A DNA stretch of 64,000 nt from contig CDPCPM010000275.1 in assembly GCA_976551045.1 (NCBI GenBank), positions 4,960,001 through 5,024,000 on the forward strand, in the 5' to 3' direction. The notes under the pieces are model-generated. The model did no database searches. It was given only the letters and a program-made list of their open reading frames with translations, and was not told the DNA's origin. This document shows, in pieces, positions 25,545 through 38,054 of the stretch. Made by a program: the position numbers and the translations under genes. The stretch comes from Glaucostegus cemiculus. Its lineage: Eukaryota. The number at the start of each line of letters is the position of its first letter. The first letter of the stretch is position 1.

Positions 25545-25862
25545 CATTCAGCCCACTGAGCCAGCTCTTAGTGCAACCTCGACATTCCCATTCCAACGGT
25601 ATTTCTGGGAAACCTATTCTCCCTCGAGTGCCCATCAACTCCACCCTGATTCTCCCACCGCCCATCTACATAGCAGTAATTTACAATAGCCAATTAATCC
25701 AACAGCCAGCACGTCTTTCAGATGTGGAAGGAAACCAGAGCACCTGGGGGAAACCATTCCACTTCTATCACAGGGAGAACATGCACACGTCATACTGGCA
25801 GCACTAGAGATTAATGGAGCTACAAGACAGCAGCACTATCTGCTGAACCACTCTGCCACCAT
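25545..25862 (-). mobile_element. tRNA-derived SINE
   Basis: gatgtggaaggaaaccagagcacctggggga...cacagggagaacatgcaca...ccactctgccacc is the reverse of the 7060 SINE. Confidence 0.75.
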
Positions 25863-26696
25863 AATGATAAGGAGCACAAGGAAAGAATCTGCTAATAAAG
25901 GATACAATTTTGAACCAGGTGGAGGTGGGCTACGCACAAATATGCTGACATACAAATATTAACAAACCTTTGATGTTGACAGGATGTCAAAGAAAGAGGG
26001 TCAAATGCCTTGTGAGATCTCAAGCTTTAAACAAAGGCAACATGTACAAAAGTGAGATTTTTTTAAAATCTCTGTAGAACAGTGGCTCATCTGCAACTTG
26101 GGTAATGTATCCAATTCTTTTGCACCACATTTTAGGAAGTAAGTGGAAGCCTCAGAAAAGGTGCAGGAAAATTTACTGGAAAGGACCCACTGACGTGAAA
26201 ATTCAGTACGAGGAGAGACTTGACAAATTAAGTTTCTCATGACATTCAAACAGAAGTGGAAAAATACTTCAAGGAGAAAAACCTGGAAGGGAAATGGGAA
26301 TAAAAGCAAGCAGACGGACTATCTAATTCGTCCAGAGCACATTCATTGCCTACACTTTTTTCTGCTCCATTGTCCAATGAAAATCAAAGCCTCACTGCCA
26401 TAGATGTCCCCTCAGGCAGAGTAGTCCATGAGCAAAAACTAGGTCTCAGGCAGTGAATCCGGTGGCCCAGCCCCCAGAACATGGTTCTGACCTCCAACTC
26501 ATTCTTAAATTAAATGCTGCAATGTATAGATATGAAATAAAGGAACTTGACCTGTGCAATGTAGCTAATCAGTGGTTCTGAATCATCAGCCAAATGGCAG
26601 CATGTAATTGCCTAAACACTCAGAAATAAGTGGTAGACAATCATTGGCCAAATGGCCTGTTTCCCATGATGATTCTGGTGATGCTTCAATGAAGAA

Positions 26697-28070
26697 GCAA
26701 AGGGCTGCAGATGCTAGAATCTAGGTGAAAAACAGGATGATGCTGGAGGAACTCAAGAGGCCAGGCAACATCCATAGAGAAAAGCAAGCAGTCAACGTTT
26801 CAGGTCAGGACCTTTCTTCAGAACTGAAGATAGGAAAAAGGGGAAGCCCAGTATATAGGAGGGAAAAGTAGAGCAGTGATAAGTGGACGAAAGGTGGGAG
26901 GCAGGGTGGGCATAAGGTGGTGATAGGTAGATGCAGTTAAGAGATAGTGATAGGCAGGTGCGGGGTAGGAGACAGCAGATACACCGGAGGATGTGTCAAA
27001 GGTAAGGAGGAAAAAGGTGGGTAGAAAAAAAGAGAAAGGCTAGGAAAGAAGAGTCATGGTTGGGGGTGGGGGTGGGGGAGGAGCTGTGTGGGGATTACTT
27101 AAAGTGGAAGAATTCGATGTTCATGCCGTAAGGCTGCAAGGTTCCAAGACGGAAAATGAGGTGCTATTCCTCCAGTTTGCGCTTGGAATTCTCCTGGCAG
27201 TGGAGGAGGCCGAGGACTGACATATCTATGGTAGTGTGGAAGGGGGAGTTGGAGTGACTGCTCAGGGATATGCAGATCACAGTTACAGACAGAGCGCAGG
27301 TGTTCTGCGAAACGATCACCTAGTCTGCGTTTGGTCTCACCAATGTAGAGGAGACCACACATGGAGCACCAAATACAGTAGATGATATTAAGGGAGGTGC
27401 AGGTGAACCACTGTCTCAGCTGAAAGGACTGTTTGGGTCCCTGGATGGAGGTGATGTAGGGGCAGGTGTTGCATCTATGTCAGGGACAGTTTCCGGGGTG
27501 AGAGCGGGATGGGTGTGGTGGGGGGGTAGGAGGAGTAAGCTAGGGAGTCGCAAACTAGGGAGTTGCGGAGAGAGTGGTTCCTGCAAAAGGCAGAAAGGGG
27601 TGGGGAGGGGAATTTCTTGGTGTTGGGGTCCTGTTGTGAAGTGGTGAAGAATGATTTGTTGGATACGTGGCCTGGTAAATGAAATGTGAGGACAAGGGGG
27701 ACCCTATCCCTGCTGAGTCTGGGAAGGGTGGAGGTGAGGGCAGAGGTACAAGAAATGGCAGAGATACAGGAAATGGCAGAGATACAGGTGTGAGCTCTCT
27801 CGACTACAGTAGGGGGGAAGCCACAGTTGGTAAATAAGCTGGACATCTCAGATGTCCTGGAGTAGAAAGCCTCATCATGGGAGCAGATGCAGCGGAGGCA
27901 GAGAAAACGAGGAAAAGGTCCTTGCAAGAGACAGGGTGGGAGGAGCTGTAATCAAAGTAGCTGTGGGCATCAGTGGGTTTGCAGATGTTGGTGGATAAGG
28001 AATCTCCTGAGATGGAGATGGAAAGATTGAGGAAGGAGAAAGGTGTCAGAGATAGTCCAGGTGAATTAAA
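26697..28070 (-). mobile_element. PLE, 5'-truncated: RT C-terminus, GIY-YIG endonuclease, UTR and pLTR
   Basis: KPTDAHSYFDYSSSHPVSCKD, RDRVPLVLTFH, CGLLYIGETKRRLGDRFAEHLRSV; frameshifted; small tandem duplication at ~27752-27788. Confidence 0.93.
26789..26826 (-). ncRNA. minimal type-I hammerhead ribozyme motif
   Basis: Minus strand CAGUU CUGAAGA A AGGU-CCUG-ACCU GAAAC GUU GACUG: CUGANGA and GAAA cores, helix II, palindromic AACGUU helix III, helix I CAGUU/GACUG. Confidence 0.8.
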
Positions 28071-28800
28071 GAGCTTTAGTGACTCTATATAATCTTTAAC
28101 CATACTTGGCAAGACACTATCAGATCAGAATTCTGTTAGGATCAGAGGATTTTCCTTTAGTGAATCAACTAAGTATACCTTAAGAATTCTATGTTGATGT
28201 GAGAATTGCATTTGAATTTGGTCTACATTCTTCAAAGCTGACAGTTTTTCTGGCAGACAAAATATAATCTGCAAAGTATATGGATCCTTTAAGAAAATAG
28301 TGCTACGTTCATTGACAATCATTCTGAAATTCGCTCTCATGCAGCAAAATGCCATAGCCAATTTTATGAGATTTTGCTTAAGCTTGCCTGTTAATAATCA
28401 CTGTTGTTAAATCATTCAGTTTAACTAAGCAGCATTTTACCACAATTCAATGGAAAACTTAGCAGAGCACAAACAGAACTCTTCATCTTTTGTTGTCAAA
28501 GCAATATGTTTACATACCTCTTGGGCAAATTTTATTTTACAATTAAACTTCACAGCCAAAAAATTTCTTTCTAATAATCAACCACACATTGGTTAAGATA
28601 TACCACAATGATGATTAAAGGTGCATAATGATTGAAAATGCTACTATAATACAGGGACCAAATAAACCATTTCAGCTATAACAATGTTGACAGGCAGTTT
28701 CATTACAAGGGTTGAATACCAATGCTTTTAAACTGACTTTCCAAAATATTATCTATAGTAGCAAATGTTAACATTCTTCCACACTCTCTCTCTTCTCAGA

Positions 28801-29385
28801 ATTGGTTTATTATTGTCACTTGTACCAAGATCCAGTGAAAAACTTTGTTTGGTGCCATCCAGGCAGATCATGCCATACACAAGTATATTGAGGTAGTAAA
28901 AAGAAAACAAATGCAGAATATAGTGTTGCCGTTACAGAGAAAATGCAGTGCAGGTAAACAAATAAACTGCAAGGGCCACAATAAGATAGATTGGGAGATC
29001 AAGAATTCATCTTCAGCATATGAGAGGCGAGTTCAAGAGTCTGAGAACAGCAGGATAGATGGTGTCCTTTAGTCTGATGGTACGTGATTTCAAGCTTTTT
29101 TATCTTCTACCTGATAGGAGAGTGAGTGACTAGGGTGGAAGGGGTCCTTGATAATGTTGGCTGCTTTCCCGAGGCAGCAGCAAATGTAGATGGAATCAAT
29201 GGAAGAGAGGCTGGTTTGCACAATGGACCAGGCTGTACTCACAACCCTTGCAATTTCTTTTGGTCTTGGGCAGAGCAGTTACCAAACCAAGGTGTGATGC
29301 ATCTGGATAGTATGTTTTCTATGGTGCATCTGTAAAAATTAGCGAGAGTCATTGGGAACATGCTAAATTTCTTTTCTCCTGAGGG
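28801..29385 (-). mobile_element. Rex1/Babar 3' fragment
   Basis: attggtttattattgtcacttgtaccaag... alignable with 15756-16360. Confidence 0.88.
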
Positions 29386-30889
29386 GTCATGAAAGTATCT
29401 AGATTGGATCACACTTCAATGGCCACCAATTCCCCTCTGGTATCTTGCCATTATGTTTATTGTTTATGGATACTTTGTTCGTGCATGCTGCCAAAATATT
29501 TGACGTGTACAACTGCAAGGACATCAAAGTGAATTCAAAGCAAAACATGTCAATGTAATATCCCCATTCTTCCAGCAGGGGTCAGCAGAAAACTATCAGA
29601 AGCAAAAATGCCTACTCTTCCATGGATACCAGTCACCTTCCAATATCTCACATGGCTATCATCCACCTGTGAAGACTGACACTGAATTACAGTGCTCACT
29701 GCAGGGATGCCACAGGAAAGCAAGTTCTGTCCTCACACAAAGTCTAAAAATGTGCACTTTCAGCAGAGGTCAATGAATAGAGATCAAGAACAGAAATCAT
29801 AGCTACATTTTCCCCCTGAGGAGTTTAGATTAATTTTGTTTCATCGCACATAAATCAGTTGACTAAACACAACTGAAGATTGAATCTGGGAACCGCAAGG
29901 TCTGTAGCAGAAGAACTGCTAGAAATATTTGGCAAGAAATGAAAAAAAAATGCAGGGCAGATTATATAATTGTTCAGCTGAATAAATTTACTGTTCCCAT
30001 CTAGATAGAAACTGAGGAAACTGAAGTGTTATTTACGCTTTTAACACTTAGCAGCAAAAGACATGATAATTACATTACCTTGTGACATTTAAATTTCCAT
30101 GCATAGACCTAGATAACTTGCAATCCATTACTATCTTGTTGCTTGGATTACATTTAATATTTTAACCAAAATTTTGTGAGAAATTATTCATTATTAAAGC
30201 TAATTATTTTCTGCAGCAAGCTATGGTTAGATACTCAGACAGTACGTGGACATTGGTACTGTGGCAAAAAATGTGACATCAAAGGCAGATGATACATTGA
30301 TGCATGCGTCACCCTGCAGAGGGGGGAATGATTCAAATTGGCACTGATGCTTTGCAAGAAAACACACTAATAAGGCTATAGCAAATATGTTCATGGCAAC
30401 TGGAAATTATGACCAATACAAATCTCTCAAGAAGCTTGCAGAGCCCAGACTTTTATTTTATTCCTTACAAATAATTGTGCAGTGACATTAATGCTCCAAA
30501 ATTTCAATGATACATTAATGAAATATTTATGATGGTTTTGAAACTCAGTTTCATATTTGGTCCAATAAATAGATTACCAAATAATATTTTGGTTATATAG
30601 TGTTTCTTTATAAAAAAAAATACTACAGGAGATCTAAGTATAGCTTTTCAATATTTAGAACTCCTGTAGCATTTTAGGAGATCTAAATTTTGATAAGCTA
30701 TACATAGATCACCCTTGGGATTCTTCAAGCTGTTAGTGGGTACATTATAACAATTGGAGTATTAACAATGTGCAATGACACAGTTAATTAGGCAAATTGG
30801 CATTTACAAGAAAACAAATTCAAGTATTCCAATTATCAGTTGATTTCCTATCCTATTGCTTGTAATGAATCAGAAAATACACCCAAATA

Positions 30890-31110
30890 AAAACAAAAAA
30901 TGCTGGAAATAGTCAGGAGGGCAGGTGGTAAGAAAATCAGAGTCAATGACCCACATCATAGACAAGTAAAGGATCATTGGTTCTGAAGAAGAGTTATTGC
31001 CTGAAATTTATTCTTTTTCTCTCTCCACAGGTGCAACCAGAGCTGATGAGTATCTCCAGCACAGTTTTTATTTCTGAGTTCCATCATATGCAATCTTTTG
31101 GCTTCTCAAA
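30890..31110. mobile_element. fold-back PLE pLTR mini-element
   Basis: aaatgctggaaatagtcagg arm, then opposite-orientation ttctgaagaagagttattgcctgaaa...gctgatgagtatctccagca. Confidence 0.65.
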
Positions 31111-31261
31111 AAAATCCTTTTTTTTGCAATAGTTACACACCATGTTATAATATAGTGATTTAAAGGGGAAGAATTTCAGTTTATTTTCGGCTTGATCATT
31201 GAATTCCATTATTCTGTCCATCCATTTTGAGAAATTTATAATCAATGGCCTTAAGTTCTTA

Positions 31262-31395
31262 TTTAATTCTGATGAAACGTGATTGACCTAAAATGTTAAT
31301 TCACTTTCTTCATGGCTGTTCCCTGGCCTGCTGAGCATTTCTTGCATTTTTCTTTTTTATTTCTAACGTCTTGGATCCAAAATATTTTGCTTTTG
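31262..31395 (+). mobile_element. solo PLE pLTR with decayed hammerhead
   Basis: aatt ctgatga aacgtgattgacct aaaat gtt aatt ... ctggcctgctgagcatttcttgcattt. Confidence 0.7.
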
Positions 31396-31404
31396 ATATT
31401 CTAT

Positions 31405-32596
31405 GGTGATCAATAAAGGTAGAGCAGTGGGAGTTGTCCAGATGGATTTTAGTGAGGCATTCCACAAGGTACCTCATGGGAGGCTCATCCAGAAGATGAA
31501 GATGCATGGGATTCACGGTGACTTGGCTGTTTGGATTCGGAATTGGCTTGCCCACAGAAGAGAGAGGGTAGTGGTTGATAGGTCTTATTCTGGTTTGAGG
31601 TCTGTGACTAGTAGTGATTATATATTATGACTTGGATGAAAACATGGATTGGTAGGTTAGTAAGTTTGCAGATGACAAAGATTGGTAGCGTTGCACATAA
31701 TGTGGAAGGTTGCCAAAAGATACAACAGGGTATACATCAATTGCAGATATTAGTGGAGAAATGGCAGATGGCATTTAATCCAGGCAATGTGAGGTGAGGT
31801 GTTGCACTTTGGGAGTTCAAATGTAAAGGAAAATACAGTTAATGCAGGACCCTTGGCAGTGTTGATGTACAGAGGGATCTTGGGGCCCAAGTGCATAGCT
31901 CCCTGAAAGTGTCAAAACAAGTAGATGGCAGTGGGGGGGGGGGGGGGGGCAGGGGGTAAAGGTAGCATATGGCATGTTTGCCTTTATTAGTTGAGGCATT
32001 GTGTTCAATAGTCAGGAAATTATGTTCAGCTTTATAAAACTCTGGTTAGGCCACATATGGAGTATGCATTCATTTCTGATCACCCCATTATAGGAAGGAT
32101 GTAGAGGCTATTGAGAGGGTGCAGAAGGGGTTTACCAGGATACTGCCGGGATTAGAGGGCAAGTGCTATAAGGAGAGGTCACACAAACTTTGGTGGTTTT
32201 CTCTGGAGCGGCAGAGGCCAAGAGGAGACCTGATAGAAGTTTATAAAATTATGAGAGGCAGAGATAGAGTAGATAGACGGCATCTTTTCCCTCCAGAGTC
32301 ACAATGTCTCATTCTAGAGGGTATGATTTTAAAGTGAGAGAAACAAAGTTCAAAGGAAATGTGCAGGCATGTTTTGTTTTACACAAACAGAGAGTGGTGG
32401 GTGCCTGGAAGGCACTGCCAGGGTTGGTGGTGGAGGCAAATACAACAGAGACATTTAAGAGGCTTTCAGATAGGCACATGAATGTGCAGAGATTGGAGGG
32501 ATATGGACCATGTGCAGGCAGAAGGGATTAGACATCTTTAGCTTAAATGGTTAGGCACAATTTTGTGGGCCAAAGGGCCTGTTTCCATGCTATGAC
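31405..32596 (+). mobile_element. CR1 LINE 3' half
   Basis: MDFSEAFHKVPHGRL, SKFADD, RGDLIEVYKIMRG; tail gggccaaagggcctgtttccatgctatgac. Confidence 0.92.
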
Positions 32597-32597
32597 T

Positions 32598-33655
32598 TTA
32601 GTATAGCACACAAACAAACCCACAATGTCTGCACTGAACATGATGCCAAATTAAACTAAATCTCATACCTGTACATAATCCACATCTCTCCATATTCATG
32701 TGCCTATAGAAAGATTTAAATACCATCGTCATATCTGCTTTCACCACTGCCCTTGGCAGCCCAGTCCAGGAACCTACCACTCTCTGTGTATGAAAAAACT
32801 TGCCCTGAACTACTTCTTTAAACTTTGCCCCTCTCATCTTAAATGCAACTCCTCCAGTATTTGACGTGTCTACCCTGGGGAAAAGATTCTGGCAGTCTAC
32901 CCTATCTATGCCTCTCATAATTTTATAAGCTTCTATCAGGTCTCCCCTCAGCTCCAATACCCCAGAGAAAACAACCCAAGTTCATCTAATCTCTCCTTAT
33001 AGCTCATACCCTCTAATCCAAGCAGCATCCTGGTAAATCTCTTCTGCATCCTTTCCAAAGCCTCCAAATCCTTCCTCCAATGGGACGACCAGAATTGCAC
33101 ACAATACTCCAAGAGCAGCCTAACCAAAGTTTTATACAACTACAACATTATTTCCTTAGTCTTAAACTCAATGCCCCAATCAATGAAGGCAAGCATGCTA
33201 TATGCCTCTTTACCACCCTATCAACTTGTGTGGCCACTTTCAGAGAGCTGTGGATTTGGACCCAAAGATCCCTCTGCACATCAATAGTTAAGGGTCCTGC
33301 CATTAACTGTATACTTTCCCCTTACATTTTACCTCCCAAAGTGCAACATTTCACACCTGATTGAACTCCATCTGCCATTTCTCCGCCCATATCTGTTAAT
33401 GATCTATATCCTGCTATCTCCTTTGATAGCTTTATAAACTGTCCACAATCCCACCAATCTTTGTGCCTTCTGCAAACTTACTAACCCACCCATCTACATT
33501 TTCATCCATATAAACACACACATCACAAATAACAGAGGCTCCTGCACTGATCCCTGCGGAACACTGCTCGTCACAGACCTCAAGCCAGCATAATATTCTT
33601 CAACCATTACCCTCTGTCTTATGTGGGCAAGCCAATTCAGAATCCAAACTACCAC
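32598..33655 (-). mobile_element. CR1 LINE 3' half, tail-to-tail with the previous copy
   Basis: SVTSSVPQGSV, LYKTLVRLLLEYCVQFWS, RGDLIEAYKIMRG. Confidence 0.92.
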
Positions 33656-33664
33656 AGCAATGCA

Positions 33665-34310
33665 ACCTAGTAGAGCACTAGGAAGTATAAGGGAACAGAA
33701 GCACCTCTGAGGACAAGGGAACACTTCGTTGAAAGCAGCGTAACAGGTTGACAGGATGGTGAAAAAGGCGCTTAGTACATGGCCTTCATCAATCAGATCA
33801 CTGAGTATAGGAGTTGGGACATTATGTTATGGTTGTATAAGTTGTTGGTGAGGCCACACTTGGAATACTAGTGTACAGTACTCCTGAGTTATGGGGTGAG
33901 GTTGGCCAGGCAAGGTCCTTATTCCTAGGAATGCAGAAGAATGAGGTATGGCCTTAAGAAATGTTTAAAATTATGAGAGGCAAAGATAAGGTGGACAGTG
34001 ACAGTCTTATCCCCAGGGTAGGGGAGTCTAAAACTAGGGGGCATAGATTTAGGGTGAGAGGGGATAGGTTTACAAGGAACCTGAGGGGCAATATTTTTAG
34101 GCAGAGGATGGTGAGTATATGGAATGAGTGGTTGAGGCAAGTACAACAGTATCATTTAAGGAGTACTCAAATTGGTACATACAAAAGCAGGGCTTAGAGG
34201 GATATGGGCTGAAGACAGAAAATTGGGAATAGCTGGGTGGGCACTGTGGTTGGCATGGACTCACTGGGCCAAAGGGCTTGTATCCATGCTGTATTGCTCT
34301 TTGACTCTAG
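33665..34310 (+). mobile_element. CR1 3' fragment
   Basis: FKIMRGKDKVDS...KTRGHRFRVRG; tail gtattgctctttgactctag. Confidence 0.88.
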
Positions 34311-34797
34311 TACTGCAATGTAATGCATAAATTCTCAGGAGCTAGGCATGAGTAATGGATGGCTTCTGTCTTGCAATAGTGAGACTTGGATAATGACCAC
34401 AGACAGCCCTGTGCCCAGCTTCAGACTGCACAGCCTTGATAAGAGTGAGATCATGCAACAAGTCCGCTTGCACAGTGGTTGGGGTGGGATCATGAATGTT
34501 GACAAAGTGAGAGGATAGCATATTTGTGCTAAAACCACAGCTACTTTAATTACCCTTTAGCTCACTTCACTTCTTTGCAATGACTCTCATTCTCCCAGTT
34601 TTTCGATCTCCATTATCACTACTGTTATGATTTGACCTTGTGTTTCAGTGCTTCCTTTCTCCTCAACCAAAGATTCCCTTCTAGCTTGAAAGACGTCGCC
34701 TTCTACTGTTAGTTCCCTCTTCGGTAGGTACTCAAGAAGACCACCAAGGGCAAATGGAGATCTCTTAAAGACCCACAGAACATATAGTATGGAATAA

Positions 34798-35130
34798 TGG
34801 GTTGTCACAGTGGCTCAGCAGGTTATGCTGCTGCTTCACAGTTCCGGTGACCCAGATTCAATCCTGACCTCTAGTGCCGTCCATGTTCTCCCTCTGACCA
34901 TGTGTATTTCCCATGGATTCTCCAGTTTCCTCCCACATCCCAAAATTAATCAGTTACTGTAAATTACTCCTGATGTTGGTAGACTGTAGGAGAATCTGGG
35001 TGGAGTTCTTGGACACGTTAGCGAGAACAGAAAATTTCATTTTAGTTGATTTCAGCTCAGCTATCTTCACAGGGTATGGAATAGAAACTCTGCTGACAAT
35101 GTAAACAAATGACAAGTATACTGGCAAAGA
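34798..35130 (+). mobile_element. tRNA-derived SINE
   Basis: A box tggctcagcagg, B-box-like agattcaatcc, body gttctccctctgaccatgtg. Confidence 0.75.
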
Positions 35131-35734
35131 AAGTGCAAAGCAAGAATGGTGTTATTTTGATTTCAGCATAGATGTTTATGGTTTGTGATTTGGTTTTTAA
35201 AAAAATCTAGACAAATATTCAATTGGCAGAGATACAGAAAAATGCTCCAATGATGCATAGCTTTGTTTCCGACAAGTAAGAGTGATTGTGAAAAATGGAG
35301 ACTTCCACTCCCATTTACCAAACAATATATCTTGAGGCCACTATTCAATTAGTGATGCAAGGTAGTGTTAGTGTTAGCATATTTACTACAAATTGCCCAT
35401 CGTGGCCTATAAACAAGCTAGATAATAGTTGACATCTGGTCACTTATTATCATGAATTAAATTCTGTCAAGCCAGCTTATCCATAAGTGGTAAAGGAAAC
35501 ACAGCTTTGTTATCCCAGTTAGCAACTTTTTCCCAGGTATTTCTCCATCCTGGATATTGCCACTTGAGTTTGGAATATTTCCATTAAAGATCAGGATAAA
35601 ATCTCTCAAGACCTTCACTATGTACCAACATGTTTCAAAACCAGAAGGCCATAGAAACCACCCCCAACCCACCTCTGCTGAGGTGAGAGAGAAATATGAG
35701 CTGTACATCATTCCCCCCCCCCCCCTTAATCCTG

Positions 35735-36225
35735 ATATGGGAATAGACAATAAACTGCAGGATACTGAGTGGTGTGGAGGAACAAAAGAACCTTTGCAGT
35801 GTATATCTACAAATCCTTAAAGGTAGCAGGACAGGTCAATAAAATGGTTAAAAAGGCATATAGAAGTTTCCTTTATTAACCAAGGTACAGAACATATAAA
35901 TAGGGAGGTCAAAGTGTGAAATGGTACATTTTGGTAAAATCAGGAGGGGATTAGATTGAATAATGACAAACTTTTTCCAAAGGCCAAACAGCTGATAACC
36001 AGAATGTACAGAATTAAAGTGACTGGTAGAAGCAACATGGTTAGGAAAAACATTATTACAGCTTGATTGGTTGGAGTTAGAAATTCTAAGTAGACTAGAT
36101 TAAAAGCTTAGGAAAAGCTGTGTAATGATAGTAAAAAGTGGGCTCTGGGATTCAGCAAAACATCTGGAAGAACCAGTGGAGACTCAACTGGGTAAATAGC
36201 CTTCTACTGTGTTGTACCATTTGAT
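35735..36225 (+). mobile_element. decayed CR1 3' region
   Basis: aaatccttaaaggtagcaggacaggtcaataaaatggttaaaaaggcata (KSLKVAGQVNKMVKKAY). Confidence 0.6.
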
Positions 36226-38054
36226 GATACATGACAATTGATTGAAAAAACAAATTTCGCTCATATGTATGCTCAATAGCAGATAAGTTCTGACTTCCCC
36301 TCTTAAAATTCTGCTGGGGTCCTTATTAAACCATTGAGCCCCAATTTGTAAACAGACATGAGAAACGTACTTCCCTCTGGATGACACTATAGCATTTAAA
36401 TGCCAAGCTGTTAAAATGGTGGCCAGCTCAATTACAAACTGATCATTTTTAATGTCACCTTCCTTGCACCCACCAGGTAGAGCAAATTGAAACAGACCCA
36501 ATATTTTCCTCCCAAGGATCTATTGTTTGTGCACTCTCATGTGCCATTTGTCCTATACTTAACGAATATGAATGATAAAACCACAGTGGGTGCAATTGCA
36601 GTGTAACTGTCTTCTTGATATGAATTTAATGGAATATTTAAATCGTTAGTGTCTCTGAACTTGACCTATAGCCATGCTTGTGTAGACCACTTAAGCATTT
36701 GGAAACTCAAAATATGGCTTTATTTAATGAGATCCATTCATCAATTAAGGGCCTTAATTACTGACAGCTTTAGAAACACTGCAAATGCTTAAAAGCAACA
36801 TTGGGAACCTCTGTTGTGTACTGTTCTGGTGTCCAGGTGCTGTGCACTGCTATCTAAATTATTTATACTGAAACTGAGTTTCAATCACAACAATTGCATC
36901 AATATGCATTTCTTGCCTGTTGACTTAAATAGTATTTTCATTGCATTATCAGTTTGATTATGCTCTTTGGAAGTACACATTATTTTTAACCATGATAGAT
37001 AATTCTCAATGACCAGAGGTCAAGAGCATCAATTCATGTATATAACTAAAAATAAAACAAGTTGTATATTTTCAATAATCCATTATTAATCAAAATTACT
37101 TGACAGGCTTGTGTAATTATCTGCATTATCTTTATTAAGCATTTCAGAGGTGACCAAATGCATCATTTACATTTATGGATTAGTGCAATATTACATTAAC
37201 AGTTATCCTCAAACAAATCTGGAGGCTACCCAAGCAAACAGAAAATGCTAGAAACATCCAGCAAGTCGGGTGGCATACGTGGGGAATAAAGACTTGACAT
37301 TTCAGGTCATTTAAAAGGAGTAACTCAGCTTGAAGGCAAGTGGGCCTGCACATCACCTCTCTCTGCCCCCACTCAGACTGCCATGACACATTCCAGTTCT
37401 TGTGTTCCCAGCAGGTGGTGCTCTCAGCCAAGAACACAAGATTTAAATTCAATCGTGTTTTTTTTGACTCTGTAAACTTTACATTTCCCAGTTCCACTAG
37501 TGTTTTCCAACAAGCTCTGGTAGTGAATAACTGAATTTAACCTTTTCAGTATCGTTTCCAACAGAAGCAAAAACATTTGTAAGCCAGATCAATAGATTGT
37601 TACCAGAAACAATCTACAGCAAACCCTCACTTTTTGCAGAGTTAACTTTTATTAAATATTGTGTTAAATTTACAAACAGTTGGTGCAATTTGTTTTTAGT
37701 TTCCAAAAATAATTTTATAAGTAACATTTATAAATTTCAAGTAAATACATACAACTACTGACAGCAGCTAACAATGTAGTAACAAGCCACTGAAATAACA
37801 AATACAGATTACATTTATAAAGATATGCAATATGTTTAGCAGTCAATGAAATCTATGCTTACCAGTCAATGAAGTCTTCCTGAAACTTTGCACGAGAATT
37901 AAAAGTATTCTATTCAGCACCTTGTCCCTGTTCTTCCATTAAGATCGCAGCTGAGTTTTTAATCTCAGTGCCACTTTCCCATGCTAACCTCTATATCCCT
38001 TGGTTTCGAATATTTTCCATCACTTAACCGTTGATCGTGAGTTGTACATATTCA

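Noticed and set aside
30073-30115. Possible 30-nt minus-strand microexon
   Set aside because: Poor polypyrimidine tract; such matches are expected by chance.
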